64,000 nt of DNA, taken from an uncultured Nitrososphaerales archaeon. GTDB taxonomy: Archaea > Thermoproteota > Nitrososphaeria > Nitrososphaerales > Nitrososphaeraceae. Below, one piece after another: positions 21,607 through 30,942 of this stretch (position 1 is its first letter; each line of letters begins with the position of its first letter). Location of the stretch: assembly GCA_963695855.1 (NCBI GenBank), contig CAVOHZ010000003.1, forward strand, positions 160,001 to 224,000. Reading direction: 5' to 3'. Under the pieces are notes generated by a model that made no database searches, had not been told where the DNA came from, and saw only the letters and a list, made by a program, of their open reading frames with translations. The translations under genes and the position numbers were made by a program.

Positions 21607-21785
21607 TAAGCTTAAATCTAGAAAATCCTTTGCTGCTGATATTTAACCTAACTATTAATGGATATTAAATTTTAGCCTGTTGCAACATATTGCTTTTTGT
21701 CCAGCACATAATGTTATCAAATTCCTTTTCCATATCTTCGTTTAGTGACCTCACGGATTTTGTTGTCAGATGTACATTTTGTTAA

Positions 21786-21830
21786 ATTATATTATATTAT
21801 ATTATGTTATGTTATGTTATGTTATGTTAT
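21786..21830. repeat. Pentanucleotide microsatellite (ATTAT)4(GTTAT)5
   Basis: Read directly from the sequence. Confidence 0.9.
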
Positions 21831-22224
21831 GTATGAATTTTCATATCACGCTTACGTGTCGTGAGTTGCTGTTCAATAGATTTTAAAGTGTTAAAATTAG
21901 AAGACCACATGTAATTCAGCTATAATTTTTAATTTTCTACAATATTCTATAACTGCTTTCAAAATCTGTTTGTAATTTTTAACCGAAGCTTTAATGAAGT
22001 AGCTATGAATTTACAAATTATTCCTTCAGTTCTAAGAGCGTATATGATTTTTTTGTTCAATCTCTTTACAGATCAGATCAGAGTTGGACAGATCCAATCC
22101 TAGAATTGATACAAAATAATCCAATTTTATGGATGGGAGAGTAAAATTTGGTAAATCCATATAGACTGGCGCGGTGAAAAGGGAACGAAGCTGTAGACCT
22201 CATTTTCATGCAAGATACCTGATA

Positions 22225-23025
22225 CTACTCCATTTTGAATTTCGCATTCATATATGGATGAATGCTGCAAAAATATTCATACTCTTTATCTTTCAGATCG
22301 GATAACATTAAAGTGTAGCTTTCATTTGATTTTATAATTGATGAGTCGAACGATTTCCCATCGTCTTTGAGGCTTGTTACCGTGTGTGGAACATTATCTA
22401 AATTTGTCCATATAATTCCAGAAGAGCCTTTTATAACTAGATCTTCAGGGGAATAATCGGGATTTCCCTGTGCGGAGGAGCCTGCCAGTATTTCTACTTT
22501 TGCTAGTTTCGAGGTATCTATTTCGCTAGTTTGAAGCTGACTTGTTTCCTGTTTTTGAGTAACTTCGGGTGCTGCTTCAGGATGCGGTATTGCAAGTAAA
22601 GAAAGTACTATTATTCCTACAACAACAGATATAACAAATATAACAAGATATAATTTCACTTTTGAGCTGTTTCTGTGAATTGCTATCACAACTGCTGTGG
22701 CTGGAATTGATATAAGTAGGATAAGCCCAATGTATATGAAAATACTTGGAGCTTGAACACTAGAAATAACAGCATTGGTTAATCCTAAGATTACCAGAAT
22801 TCCTAATGTAATGAAGGTTGCTAATTTTGCTTTTTTCGAAGAGGGAAATCCATCTTTGAGAACCCCAGCTGAAAGGAAAATCATACCTATTAAAAAGGTT
22901 AATAAGGATACAGCGTGCATTCCATCAATAAATGTCTTAGCTATTCCAGAAAGAGATATCATTACACCTACGATACCCAGAGATGTAAGACCTATTCCAG
23001 GGGTTAAGAGGTCCCAGTCAGACAT
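22225..23025 (-). CDS. Membrane-anchored cupredoxin (blue copper) protein
   Basis: About five N-terminal TM helices; type-1 Cu ligands in PHTVTS and YFCSIHPYM. Confidence 0.88.
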   Translation of the reverse strand: MSDWDLLTPGIGLTSLGIVGVMISLSGIAKTFIDGMHAVSLLTFLIGMIFLSAGVLKDGFPSSKKAKLATFITLGILVILGLTNAVISSVQAPSIFIYIGLILLISIPATAVVIAIHRNSSKVKLYLVIFVISVVVGIIVLSLLAIPHPEAAPEVTQKQETSQLQTSEIDTSKLAKVEILAGSSAQGNPDYSPEDLVIKGSSGIIWTNLDNVPHTVTSLKDDGKSFDSSIIKSNESYTLMLSDLKDKEYEYFCSIHPYMNAKFKME

Positions 23026-23190
23026 ACTGTATGGTTAGTTTTGAGTGTTTCGCTATAATTTTAACCTTTTCAACTGTGATAAGTATTTCACATTGTGATA
23101 ATGACAAAAAAAATATTATATTAAATCATAGAGATATATAACGAATAAATTAAATCCAACGTTATTAATTATTCTAAACGTGCTGATAAA

Positions 23191-24078
23191 GTGGATATAA
23201 AACCGTATATTGAAGTTTCAAAACCAAGAATTGTAGTTGTTTTAGTAATAACTGCGGTAGCATCAATGCTAGGTGCAACTCGATTCGATAGCTCGCCAGG
23301 TATTGCATGGGATGTATCTCTCTGGAAATTATTTTTCTTGACTCTTTGTGGCTCTCTTGCCTCTATGGGCTCTAGTGCTTTAAATCACTACTACGACAGA
23401 GACATTGATAAGATTATGGAAAGAACATCGAAAAGACCTATCCCATCTGGACAATTATCAGCAAGAACTGTCATTATTTATGGTATATGCATTAGTGTTT
23501 TTTCAGTGGTCATTGCATGGTTTACATTAAATCCGATGGCTACATTCATGATCGCATTGGGAATATTTTTTTATGTAGTTATATATACAGCATGGCTGAA
23601 AAGATCACACTCCTTGAATATAGTTATCGGAGGGTTCGCTGGCAGTGCAGCATCAATGGCTGGATGGGCCACAACAACTGGATCCATGGATCTTTTGGGA
23701 TTTCTAGTAGGCTGGTTGGTTTTCATGTGGACACCGCCTCATTTTTGGTGTCTCGCGATAAAAAAGAGAGAAGAATATGCAAGTGTAAAAATTCCGATGC
23801 TTCCTGTGCTTATTGGAAATACAAAAACTGCAAAGTATATCTTTATCAATACTGCCATATTACTACCATTTTCACTTTTATTATATTTTTTTGGATTGGG
23901 AATAGTTTACACAATAATAGCATTTGTTTCTGGTACTGTTATGCTAATTTATCACTATAAATTAACAAAAAATCCGACCCCTGAATTTGCTTGGAAGGCG
24001 TATAAGGTAACAGCGCCTTACTTAGTTATAGTATTTATAGCAATAGCGATAGACGCGTTATTTTATTTTAGATTCTAA
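23191..24078 (+). CDS. cyoE: Protoheme IX farnesyltransferase (heme o synthase)
   Basis: KPRI, DRDID.IMERT..RP, YTAWLKR, WTPPHFW. Confidence 0.93.
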   Translation: MDIKPYIEVSKPRIVVVLVITAVASMLGATRFDSSPGIAWDVSLWKLFFLTLCGSLASMGSSALNHYYDRDIDKIMERTSKRPIPSGQLSARTVIIYGICISVFSVVIAWFTLNPMATFMIALGIFFYVVIYTAWLKRSHSLNIVIGGFAGSAASMAGWATTTGSMDLLGFLVGWLVFMWTPPHFWCLAIKKREEYASVKIPMLPVLIGNTKTAKYIFINTAILLPFSLLLYFFGLGIVYTIIAFVSGTVMLIYHYKLTKNPTPEFAWKAYKVTAPYLVIVFIAIAIDALFYFRF

Positions 24079-24112
24079 TAAATTATAGATCATCTAACAA
24101 ATTATAGGTCAT

Positions 24113-24322
24113 TTAACGCAATAGTTCAATTCGTCGTTTATCTTTAGATATCCATGAGACTTTTAATAAACCATAAATTTCCAAATCTAACAGGATTTTG
24201 TTCAGTTCTGCAGAATCTAACTCTATCCCTTCCTTTGACAAAATGGACGTTAATTCTGAATCGGTAAGATTATTTAATTGCTGTATTTTTTCATAGATGA
24301 TATTTCTTAAAGGATATTTCAA
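24113..24322 (-). CDS. Small winged-helix-like protein
   Basis: ELNKILLDLEIYGLLKV pattern; downstream of EF-1beta. Confidence 0.65.
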   Translation of the reverse strand: MKYPLRNIIYEKIQQLNNLTDSELTSILSKEGIELDSAELNKILLDLEIYGLLKVSWISKDKRRIELLR

Positions 24323-24403
24323 GCTTAGTGATAAATGATCATCTAATATAGTATTAATATATTTTCCAATTTCAAATTCATGTGATTTAATAAAAAAACT
24401 CTT

Positions 24404-24685
24404 TTACTTTATATTTACAGATTGTCTACTTACGCTAATAACTTGTATCTCACTTACACCGTTCGTTTTCTTTATGCTTTCTTCTAAGGCATCCATTTGA
24501 CCTTCTGAATCATCTAATGTGAAATCGCAAAGTAAAGAGAAAATACCAAACGCGAGAGGTTCTTTACCATATCTTTTTAGTTCCATTCCACTTGGAATTT
24601 GTAAGGGTAAATCTTTAATAATTTCGTCTAGATTAGTATCAGATTCCATGGGTAATATTTTAATTCTAGCCACGAGTCGAGCCAT
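24404..24685 (-). CDS. ef1b: Translation elongation factor aEF-1beta
   Basis: KILP, EPLAFGI and GVSEIQV; size and context fit. Confidence 0.9.
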   Translation of the reverse strand: MARLVARIKILPMESDTNLDEIIKDLPLQIPSGMELKRYGKEPLAFGIFSLLCDFTLDDSEGQMDALEESIKKTNGVSEIQVISVSRQSVNIK

Positions 24686-24687
24686 AT

Positions 24688-24873
24688 CTATGGACCCTCG
24701 AAGCTACAATTTACACATTTATATGATCTTGCAAATTCTCTACAGCTTTGACATCTCCACAATAAAACGTATCCACAACTAGGACAATAAAATTTTACAC
24801 ATTCATCATTAGGCATTATTGATCTATTACATGATGAACAGACTGGCAATTCTAATGTTTTAGACATTTTCAT
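24688..24873 (-). CDS. Zinc-finger protein (DUF1610/HVO_2753-like)
   Basis: Four CxxC motifs ending FEGP; sits immediately upstream of EF-1beta. Confidence 0.85.
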   Translation of the reverse strand: MKMSKTLELPVCSSCNRSIMPNDECVKFYCPSCGYVLLWRCQSCREFARSYKCVNCSFEGP

Positions 24874-24910
24874 TCAATTTGACAAATCCGAATTTATATC
24901 TTGTTATATA

Positions 24911-26081
24911 TTAAAAGTCTATCATATGTCTGAATTCATTTCCCACTATAGTACTGATCAATTTCATAGTTTTTTTAGTTCCAAGAATCCTAGATATAGC
25001 TATACTATGAAAATCGAAACTTGCTGATTCAGAAATTTCATCAAGAGTGGTATCGGTTACAACTGAAAGTATTTCATCAAGGGATTTGTTGTCAAGTCTT
25101 TCCAAAATTTTCCTAAATAGAAGCATAATTTGAAACTCTTTTCCAAAAATCGAAAACCATTTTTTTTCATATTCATGAAGATGAATTTTTTGATTAGTGG
25201 TCTTGTATCTTGCGATGCTCTTCCCAGCCAATATTCCTCCCATTCCACATGAAAAAATTCCTCCTGCAGTAGTTGGTTTTGTTTGGCCTGCAGCGTCACC
25301 TACCAACAGACTTCGCTCATTTATGAAATTTTTTAGTGGTCCTCCAACCCAAACAGGAGCATATATCTTTCTAATGGCAGAATATTTGAAATTGAAACTT
25401 GAGATAAAGGATTCAAGTGTTTGTAAGGCATTGATTTTGCTTCCTGCAACACCTACCTTTGCTTTTCCTTGACCAGTTGGTATTATCCATGCGAAAAAAT
25501 GAGGATATATTTCGCTATCTAATTTTACTAGGATTTCATCACATGGAATCCTATCAGCATAGATCTCATACTGAGCAGATTGTAAAATGCCATTTCGACT
25601 AGTTCGATTAATAAGAGATGAAATACCCCTTGCATCAACAAAAAGAATCCGAACTGAATGAGCAATTATTAGTTCTTATTGCGAATTTCTTTTCAAGAGA
25701 ATCATAATTTATAGTGGTTACTAAATTTCTTGTTACAATATCAGCTCCAGATTTTTGAGCTTGAAACGCTATCTGTTTGTCAAATTCTCTTCTATCGAGA
25801 ACGATTAATTTATCATGTTTTATAATAATGTCAAAACTTTTAGAAGCTGACGAGATTTTTGCTTTTTTTATACTATGTACAATTGATCTCGAAGATGGAA
25901 TAATTCCCAATTTTTCCATAGCCTGAAGACTAACCAGTCCACCACAATGTTCTGGAGTTCCAATTTCACTATCTTCTTCAAGAACTAATACTGATAAACC
26001 GGATCTCGCTATTTCTCTAGCGCACAATAAACCTGAAACGCTTCCACCTGCTACTATTACATCATAGAATTTTTTTTCCAT
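24911..26081 (-). pseudogene. Geranylgeranyl reductase-family flavoprotein, split by one frameshift near 25640
   Basis: N-part has YDVIVAGG, EHCGG, DRREFD. After a T5 run a second open frame continues VDARG..FFAWIIP..VGDAAGQTKPTTAGGI. Could be an assembly indel. Confidence 0.8.
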
Positions 26082-26130
26082 TAATACAATATAACCATTT
26101 TATTAATAATAATTAAAATGTATTTTAGAT

Positions 26131-26484
26131 ATGGATCTTAAACAAGTCATGATAGTTCGAAAAGATCTTAAAATGGGTACTGGAAAGATAGCTGCACAAG
26201 TAGCACATGCCTCAGTTTTAGCATATGAAAGATCTAGAATCAAAAACAGTGCTTGGCTTAAAACATGGTATAAGTTTGGACAACCAAAGGTGGTACTTAA
26301 AGTAAATAGTTTAGAAGAGTTAGAGGAAATAAGGAAAAGAGCAGAGGCACATGATTTACCTGTCGTAATAGTACGTGATGCTGGTTTGACTCAACTTGAG
26401 CCAGGTACTGCGACTTGTCTTGGAATCGGGCCTGCGCCAATTAGTTTAATTGACAGGGTTACTGGAGGTTTAAAGCTTCTTTAG
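26131..26484 (+). CDS. pth2: Peptidyl-tRNA hydrolase 2
   Basis: KQVMIVRKDLKMGTGKIAAQVAHA, DAGLTQ, GIGP. Confidence 0.95.
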   Translation: MDLKQVMIVRKDLKMGTGKIAAQVAHASVLAYERSRIKNSAWLKTWYKFGQPKVVLKVNSLEELEEIRKRAEAHDLPVVIVRDAGLTQLEPGTATCLGIGPAPISLIDRVTGGLKLL

Positions 26485-26623
26485 AATAGTGGAAAAAAAT
26501 TATTATATTGATCAAATTTTGTTATCCAGCAATATTAAAAAGTCGCTTGAATCTTATTACATAGAAAAAGTTAAGAATTCAGTTAGTTAAAAAAAATTAA
26601 CACAAAGCCTTATTTTAGTTGTA

Positions 26624-27019
26624 ATGTATAAAATATTGTTGCGAAGGAAGAAAAAAGACGTAGTTCATAGTTCACAGATAACCTTAGATGAATTCTATAT
26701 TAAAAAATTTAAGGAAAAAATAGAAAAGATGTTGTTAATAAGTAATATGAATAACCATCCATTAGTACTTTATAGAAGGACGATTGAGGAAAACGATGTA
26801 AGTATAGAAGAAGAAATAGGTACTGTTTCGGAGCGATATGTGGTAGTTCAAATCTTTACTCATGGAGGATACCTTCCGGTCCTATTTAGGGAACAACATG
26901 TTTTCACGCCTGAAGAATTCCCCTACTGGATAATTAAAAGAAGTAGGAGTATGCTCTTACAATGTATGGAAAATATGGATGACTTTATAAACACATACAA
27001 TTCTCATTTAGAGAATTAA
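26624..27019 (+). CDS. Hypothetical protein
   Basis: 131-aa ORF with ATG start; no motif recognised. Confidence 0.6.
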   Translation: MYKILLRRKKKDVVHSSQITLDEFYIKKFKEKIEKMLLISNMNNHPLVLYRRTIEENDVSIEEEIGTVSERYVVVQIFTHGGYLPVLFREQHVFTPEEFPYWIIKRSRSMLLQCMENMDDFINTYNSHLEN

Positions 27020-27086
27020 TTATTTTTTAATGAGTTTTTTAAATCTATTTTGGCGACATATAACTGAAAAAGGAAAAGAAAAAATT

Positions 27087-28283
27087 TTAAAAATTAGAAT
27101 CTAATATAACTAAACCTGGCATCTTATCACCAGCAAGATATCTAAGAGTAGCACCCCCTCCCGTTGAAACGTGACTTACTTCTGATTCAGAAACTCCGGA
27201 TTTCTTCATGGCCTCCAATGTGTCTCCTCCTCCTATTAGTGTCTTGGACCCTCTCCAATATGCTAAAGCCATACTTTTTGCTATGTGGATAGTACCATTA
27301 GAAAAGAGATCCTTCTCAAAAAATCCCATTGGTCCGTTCCAAAAAATTGTTCCGTTCTTATTAGATCCAATCTCGGAGGAATAATTTTGTATAGTTTCAT
27401 TTCCGATATCAAATCCGATCATTCCGTCAGGAATATTTTCCTTACATAGGATTGCCGACTCGCTTTCAGCATTTGTTGAAACTATGTGATCGACTGGAAG
27501 TACTATCTTTTCCTTGTATCTTTTTAATGAGTTTTTAGCCCAATCTAAATGCGCTTCGTCTATCGGAGAATTCCCAATATTCAGTCCTTTTGCCTTGAGA
27601 AAGGTATATGCAGCGGCTCCGCCTATTAAGATTTTATCTGCTTTTGTTAACAAATTTTCCATTGCCCCAATTTTATCTCTTATTTTGACACCTCCGATAA
27701 CCACAAGAAATGGTCTAATTGGTTTCTCTTTTATCATTGTAAGATATTCAAGTTCCTTCTTCAGATTGAATCCGCCCAATTTCATATCAAACAATGTTGC
27801 GGCGCCATAAGTTGACGAATGTTTTCTATGCGATGTGCTAAATGCGTCATTCACATAAATATCAGCCAATGATGCAAGTTGTTTTGAAAATTCTGGATTA
27901 TTTAATTCCTCCTCATGATGAAAACGGAGATTTTCTAATAAAATAATTCTTGATTTTTGAAGTCTGCGAACTTGGTTGTAAACTTTATTTCCAACACAAT
28001 CCGGAACAAATTTGACTTGTGTTTTTGAAAGAATTTCAGAAAGTCTTGTTGCAACAGGAAATAGAGAATAATCTGAATTGTGATCCTTGGGTCTTCCCAA
28101 GTGCGAAATTAATACTACCTTACAATTTCTTTTTACCAGATAATCTATGGTAGGAATAGACATTCTAATCCTATAATCCTCACCTATGTTCCCATTTTTA
28201 ATACTGACATTAAAATCAACTCGAACTAAGGCAGTCTTTCCATCGTATTCATCATCATTGATATCTGTCAAGAATTTGATCAT
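27087..28283 (-). CDS. pgk: Phosphoglycerate kinase (bacterial-like motifs)
   Basis: RVDFNV, SHLGRP, LLENLRF, VNDAF..HR, WNGPMG, HVSTGGGA. Start taken at ATG 28283. Confidence 0.93.
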   Translation of the reverse strand: MIKFLTDINDDEYDGKTALVRVDFNVSIKNGNIGEDYRIRMSIPTIDYLVKRNCKVVLISHLGRPKDHNSDYSLFPVATRLSEILSKTQVKFVPDCVGNKVYNQVRRLQKSRIILLENLRFHHEEELNNPEFSKQLASLADIYVNDAFSTSHRKHSSTYGAATLFDMKLGGFNLKKELEYLTMIKEKPIRPFLVVIGGVKIRDKIGAMENLLTKADKILIGGAAAYTFLKAKGLNIGNSPIDEAHLDWAKNSLKRYKEKIVLPVDHIVSTNAESESAILCKENIPDGMIGFDIGNETIQNYSSEIGSNKNGTIFWNGPMGFFEKDLFSNGTIHIAKSMALAYWRGSKTLIGGGDTLEAMKKSGVSESEVSHVSTGGGATLRYLAGDKMPGLVILDSNF

Positions 28284-28411
28284 ATAGATAGGATAAAAAA
28301 TATCTGTTGGAGAATAAAGGTTTTGATAATTAAAATAATGATAAATACCCAGAAAAAAACAACTGAAATATATCATCAAGTTTTTCTCCGAAAATTATTT
28401 TAGGAAAATTT

Positions 28412-28990
28412 ATGCATATTAATGATTCATCATGGAAAACTAATAGTGGTAAAAAGCTAATATTTTTCTTAGCTGCTGGTTTCTGTCCATATTGTGCTGC
28501 AGAACGATGGGCAATAGTCGAGGGATTAAGAAAATTTGGAGAATGGGAAGAATTGATCGAGAATCACAAAGCAAACACTAATGAAAAGTTTTTAAATATA
28601 CCTACTTTTGATTTTTCTCATTTCAAATATGAAAGTTCGTTTGTAGAGTTTCGTGGAAACGAAATCTCTGACAGATATTCTAAAGAAAAAGAAATATTGG
28701 AAAAAATTGACGCATAAATCCTAGAAACATATAACCCTCATGTTCTGATTGCATTTTTACTAATTGATGGTCAATTTATGCAATTTGGAACTGGGATAAA
28801 TCCAGAATTATTAAAGAAATTAAATCATGAAGAGATAAGAAAAATGATGAGGGACGAAAATTCCCTACTTGGCAAATCTATCATTAACGAGAACAACGTT
28901 ATAGCATCTCTAATATGCAAAAGTATTGACAATATACCAGAAAATATCGAAGATAAATCGATTATAGAACCGTTTTCAAAGATAAAATGA
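28412..28990 (+). pseudogene. DUF929-like thioredoxin-fold protein with in-frame TAA at 28715-28717
   Basis: FCPYCAAERW motif; the two ORFs share a frame and are separated only by one stop codon. Confidence 0.6.
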
Positions 28991-29012
28991 AGGAAATTGA
29001 ATAAAAATTAAT

Positions 29013-29507
29013 TTATTTCAATCCAGTTATTCGTATTTCAGTTGGACATCCAAGTTTACTTGATGCTACTTTGAATCCTTCTTTTGCCAATGGTAAATTT
29101 GCAGAAGTAACATAAGCTTCTATTATTGATTGCCCTGGTTTAACCCTCGCTGCTAGCCCAGTTGCTTTCCCAAATGCTCTTCTCATACCTTCCTGGAGTC
29201 TATCTGCTCCTGCAGTTGCTATCATTTTGTTTTCCCTTAGCAGTACATGAGGATATACTTTTAATTTAGAGAAAAAACTAGTCTCTCCAGCCTGAGCCAT
29301 TCTTTTATTAGCAGATAATCTTGCTGCCTCTAAAGCATTATGACGAATTTGAATATTTTCTGTAACAATTAATTCTAATTTATAATCATAGCTATTACTT
29401 GCTTGACCTGAAGAAAATTTTGCAATTTTCGATTGCGGCTTTCCTTTAATATATTCCCGTCTAACATAGGGCATCCCCTTTGGTTCTCTATAATTTGCAC
29501 CTTTCAA
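29013..29507 (-). CDS. rpl10e: 50S ribosomal protein L10e (uL16)
   Basis: QIRHNALEAAR, YPHVLLRENK, GADRLQEGMRRAFGK. Confidence 0.95.
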   Translation of the reverse strand: MKGANYREPKGMPYVRREYIKGKPQSKIAKFSSGQASNSYDYKLELIVTENIQIRHNALEAARLSANKRMAQAGETSFFSKLKVYPHVLLRENKMIATAGADRLQEGMRRAFGKATGLAARVKPGQSIIEAYVTSANLPLAKEGFKVASSKLGCPTEIRITGLK

Positions 29508-29559
29508 TTTTAGTTCACTAATCTTTTTATATCAAACATAAACTTTGATTTATTCGTTT

Positions 29560-30167
29560 ATGTATAATACGACATCCGGCACAAATCACAATAACACGGA
29601 TAATGAAAATGAATTAAGTTTTAGTGTAGATGCACGAATAGATAATAAAAATACAATAATAATAGATTCTATTAAACAACAGGATCAGTTAAGAAATAAA
29701 GGGTTTGGAGAAAAAATAAAAGAAAAATTTATTATTGAAGCGTATGAAGCTCTTTTTCTTTTATATAACAAAAGATTAGTTTTAAAAAAAAAAAGACAAA
29801 ATTAGATTTTTCACAACTTTCTGAAATGTTATTGAAGGATGACATTTCAATATTTACCAAATTTCTCATATATAGAGATCTAAGAAGTCGAGGATACGTG
29901 GCGAAAGAAGGATTCGGATTTGGTTTAGATTTTCGTGTTTATGATAGAGGAGAATATCTAAAGAAACCTGCTAAATACGTAGTTTTTGGAATTAATGAAG
30001 GATTGAATATTCAGAGTAGCCATTTATATGAGAATATTAATTCCATTGAGAAAATGGGAAAAGAAGGAATAATTGCTGTAATTGAGAGAAGAGGAGAAAT
30101 AATCTATTATAAGATAAATAGAAAAAAATTTGAAACTAATAACAGATCGATTTCACTTTCTCAATAA
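29560..30167 (+). pseudogene. endA: tRNA splicing endonuclease subunit (probably the structural one), frameshifted at an A11 run
   Basis: GFGE..YEALFL in the first frame; YRDLRSRGY..GFGFGLDFRVY in the -1 frame after A11 (29784-29794). No catalytic His is evident. Confidence 0.8.
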
Positions 30168-30234
30168 TAAAAAAAAGTGCAACTAGCAGATGTAAAAATA
30201 ATAAAATTAAGAAAATAGAGATATAGATGTATTT

Positions 30235-30242
30235 TTTATATA
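30235..30242 (+). promoter_or_regulatory. Candidate TATA box for the C/D sRNA
   Basis: TTTATATA about 23-30 nt upstream of the predicted sRNA 5' stem. Confidence 0.45.
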
Positions 30243-30264
30243 CGTTATTCTGTGTAAGATGATC

Positions 30265-30354
30265 TGTGGGATAATGATGATCACGATAGTCCCCCTATTA
30301 TATGGGATTATGCCCTGTAAAATGAAGAGAGGTACCGGACTACTGAGTTCCATA
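30265..30354 (+). ncRNA. Box C/D sRNA candidate, convergent with tRNA-Glu
   Basis: C box ATGATGA 30274-30280, C' ATGAAGA 30322-30328, D box CTGA 30343-30346 and an 8-bp terminal stem with G-U pairs. Guide ACCGGACTA is complementary to the tRNA-Glu D-loop. Confidence 0.7.
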
Positions 30355-30357
30355 AAA

Positions 30358-30433
30358 TGCTCCGACCGGGATTTGAACCCGGGATCGTCGCCTTGAGAGG
30401 GCGAAATGCTTAACCGGACTACACCATCGGAGC
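30358..30433 (-). tRNA. tRNA-Glu(CTC)
   Basis: GCTCCGA/TCGGAGC acceptor, TCGCC-CTCTCAA-GGCGA anticodon arm, T-loop TTCAAAT. Confidence 0.95.
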
Positions 30434-30578
30434 CCAACACAATAGAGACGTTCTCAATATAAAAATTCTGTTAGTGCTAAGTAAAAATGAATTTAACAAA
30501 GTTTATTATGGTTCGAACGATCAGTAGAAGATTCAGGAAATTTAATACTTAAAGAAAAATAAATTTTATAACTGAAAT

Positions 30579-30821
30579 TTAAACAGTTATAACAGGGGCT
30601 TCTAGCGGTTCAACGGTTTTTTTGGTTTTAGCACGTAACTTGGCTTTATATTTTAGATTACGTGGTTTAGTTCTCAATCGATAACCACAACATGGGCACC
30701 ACAATCCATCCCATTTTATGAAGATTTCACAAATTTGGCAGCGTTTTTGTCCGCTGGCATACCTTCCAGAACCTACTGGTTTCTGAGCTTTATGTCTAAC
30801 GCAAATACCTTTACAAGTCAT
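30579..30821 (-). CDS. Small basic Cys-rich zinc-ribbon protein of AOA type
   Basis: CKGIC..GQKRCQICE..CPCCGYRLRTKPR. Confidence 0.85.
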   Translation of the reverse strand: MTCKGICVRHKAQKPVGSGRYASGQKRCQICEIFIKWDGLWCPCCGYRLRTKPRNLKYKAKLRAKTKKTVEPLEAPVITV

Positions 30822-30942
30822 TGGTATATATATATCATAAACGACTATTTAAATATGAATAAAGTCATATTGTGATAAAATTTAATAAACTAGGAGAAAA
30901 ATTTTTAAAAAATAAAAAAAATATCAATAGTTTGGGAATTTT

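Noticed and set aside
22168-22222. Cobalamin riboswitch-like words (AAAAGGGAA, CTGT, AGATACCT) or a pseudo-tRNA
   Set aside because: Core stems are missing, no gene lies downstream on that strand, and no cloverleaf can be folded.
30207-30440. 77-aa ORF
   Set aside because: Overlaps tRNA-Glu and the C/D sRNA candidate; spurious.
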